Shown piece by piece: positions 63,029 through 64,000 of a stretch of 64,000 bases of DNA (position 1 is the first letter of the stretch; each line of letters begins with the position of its first letter). The position numbers were made by a program, and so were the translations under genes. The stretch comes from Rubripirellula sp. (GTDB lineage Bacteria > Planctomycetota > Planctomycetia > Pirellulales > Pirellulaceae): assembly GCA_965216875.1 (NCBI GenBank), contig OZ244207.1, positions 7,104,001 through 7,168,000 of the forward strand, given 5' to 3'. A model generated the notes under the pieces. That model was not told the DNA's origin. It saw only the letters and a program-made list of their open reading frames with translations, and did not search any database.

Positions 63029-64000
63029 CTACCGGCCCAATATCTTGTCGAGACCGCGGTTGAGCTGCTTTTGAAGGTAGTTCTCGGCCGTGTCCTGAAC
63101 CGCTTGCACGCCGAGCTGCGAAACGACTTGGCGGATGCCACGTGAGTCGAGGCGGGGGTTAGAGATCGTTCCGTCGATGGGCAGCGTGACGGGTTGTCCC
63201 GCCCATGCTTGCAAGTCGTTTCCGAGCCAGCGAGCATCGAGTGGGACAACGGCCACCATGTCCAATCGGCCTGACATCGAGACGCGTCCGCTGGTCACGA
63301 TTTGGGCTCGGTCGACCTCAAAGTAAAGGCGATCGTGTTGGACTTGGCCCGATGCGACGGAGAAGTCGACCGTCTGCGCTGGCATATTGATGAGCGTTCG
63401 GTTTCCGCCAGCTTGGGCGGCTTGCCCACCAGCTCCGAGAGCGAGCAGACTTTGCACGTCTTGAACGTTCGTGCGCCCAAGGGCTTTGATTTGGTCGATT
63501 CCGCCGATGATCTGGTTCGCCAGCGGGCCGGCTGACATCCGCGCGCCCTCGATGTTCAATCGCCCGGTCACACGGCTGAGTTCGGGTTGATCAAGGACCA
63601 CAATCGCTTCGTCAACATCGACGCTGAACGTCCCTTCGGTGTTGGTCGAATCGGCAAGCAGAGGGGCGAGGTACTTGAGCCAGCGGTTGGTCATGTCGGG
63701 AGTCAACCGCACGGATTGGGCGAGTCGACCTGGTTCGGCTCGGAACCAAACCGGTCCCGGTCGGTAGTGCACGTCGCCGGCGAGGTTGAGTTGGCCTTGG
63801 CCGACTGAGATCGCCGAAGGCGAAACGTTGACGGTCGTTTCCGTCATGCGAACGGGGATCGATGCGGGCCCCATGCGTACCCCTGCGACATCTGCGGCCT
63901 CCCAGCCCAGGTTGCCCAGGACCGAGAAGGCGACATGACCGTTTTTGCCGCGAACGGCGTTGATCTCGATGGGCGTCTGCTGGATGCCAGCAGCGTGAAT
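63029..64000 (-). CDS. C-terminal part of a large AsmA/TamB-like beta-rich protein (5' end outside the window)
   Basis: Reading frame stays open upstream of the internal Met towards the window edge; IVTSGRVSMSGRLDM...PVTLPIDGTISNPRLD and a terminal amphipathic helix are typical of AsmA-like C-termini. Confidence 0.6.
   Translation of the reverse strand: MHAAGIQQTPIEINAVRGKNGHVAFSVLGNLGWEAADVAGVRMGPASIPVRMTETTVNVSPSAISVGQGQLNLAGDVHYRPGPVWFRAEPGRLAQSVRLTPDMTNRWLKYLAPLLADSTNTEGTFSVDVDEAIVVLDQPELSRVTGRLNIEGARMSAGPLANQIIGGIDQIKALGRTNVQDVQSLLALGAGGQAAQAGGNRTLINMPAQTVDFSVASGQVQHDRLYFEVDRAQIVTSGRVSMSGRLDMVAVVPLDARWLGNDLQAWAGQPVTLPIDGTISNPRLDSRGIRQVVSQLGVQAVQDTAENYLQKQLNRGLDKILGR

Overview
Bacterial chromosomal segment, very likely from a planctomycete (Pirellulaceae-like). 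The evidence is the DUF1501 and DUF1549/DUF1553 cytochrome pair, a TPR-tailed Ser/Thr kinase, an SHD1 protein, a prenyltransferase-repeat protein and dense palindromic intergenic repeats. The centrepiece (about 6.1-34.2 kb) is a type VI secretion system locus: tssK-tssL-tssM'-tssA-tssB-tssC-hcp-tssE-tssF-tssG-vgrG-FHA/DUF6931-PAAR. It is atypical. TssM stops at its last TM helix, so it has no periplasmic domain, and its P-loop is degenerate. Neither tssJ nor clpV/tssH is in the window. The locus instead carries a divergent exported beta-barrel-like protein, a Cys-rich HEAT-like lipoprotein, two giant membrane-anchored caspase-fold proteins (one with a vWA domain) and an orphan Gly/Ala-rich candidate effector. 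The rest is housekeeping and planctomycete-typical genes: carB, a sigma54 response regulator, a Dus enzyme, galM, Gfo/Idh/MocA, a sulfatase, a second kinase, hemY/hemG, fpr and glgC. Non-coding highlights are a three-hairpin sRNA candidate with C-rich loops on the minus strand between carB and the sigma54 regulator, a structured spacer after galM, and many REP/BIME-like repeat families. All calls come from motif reading only; no searches were run.
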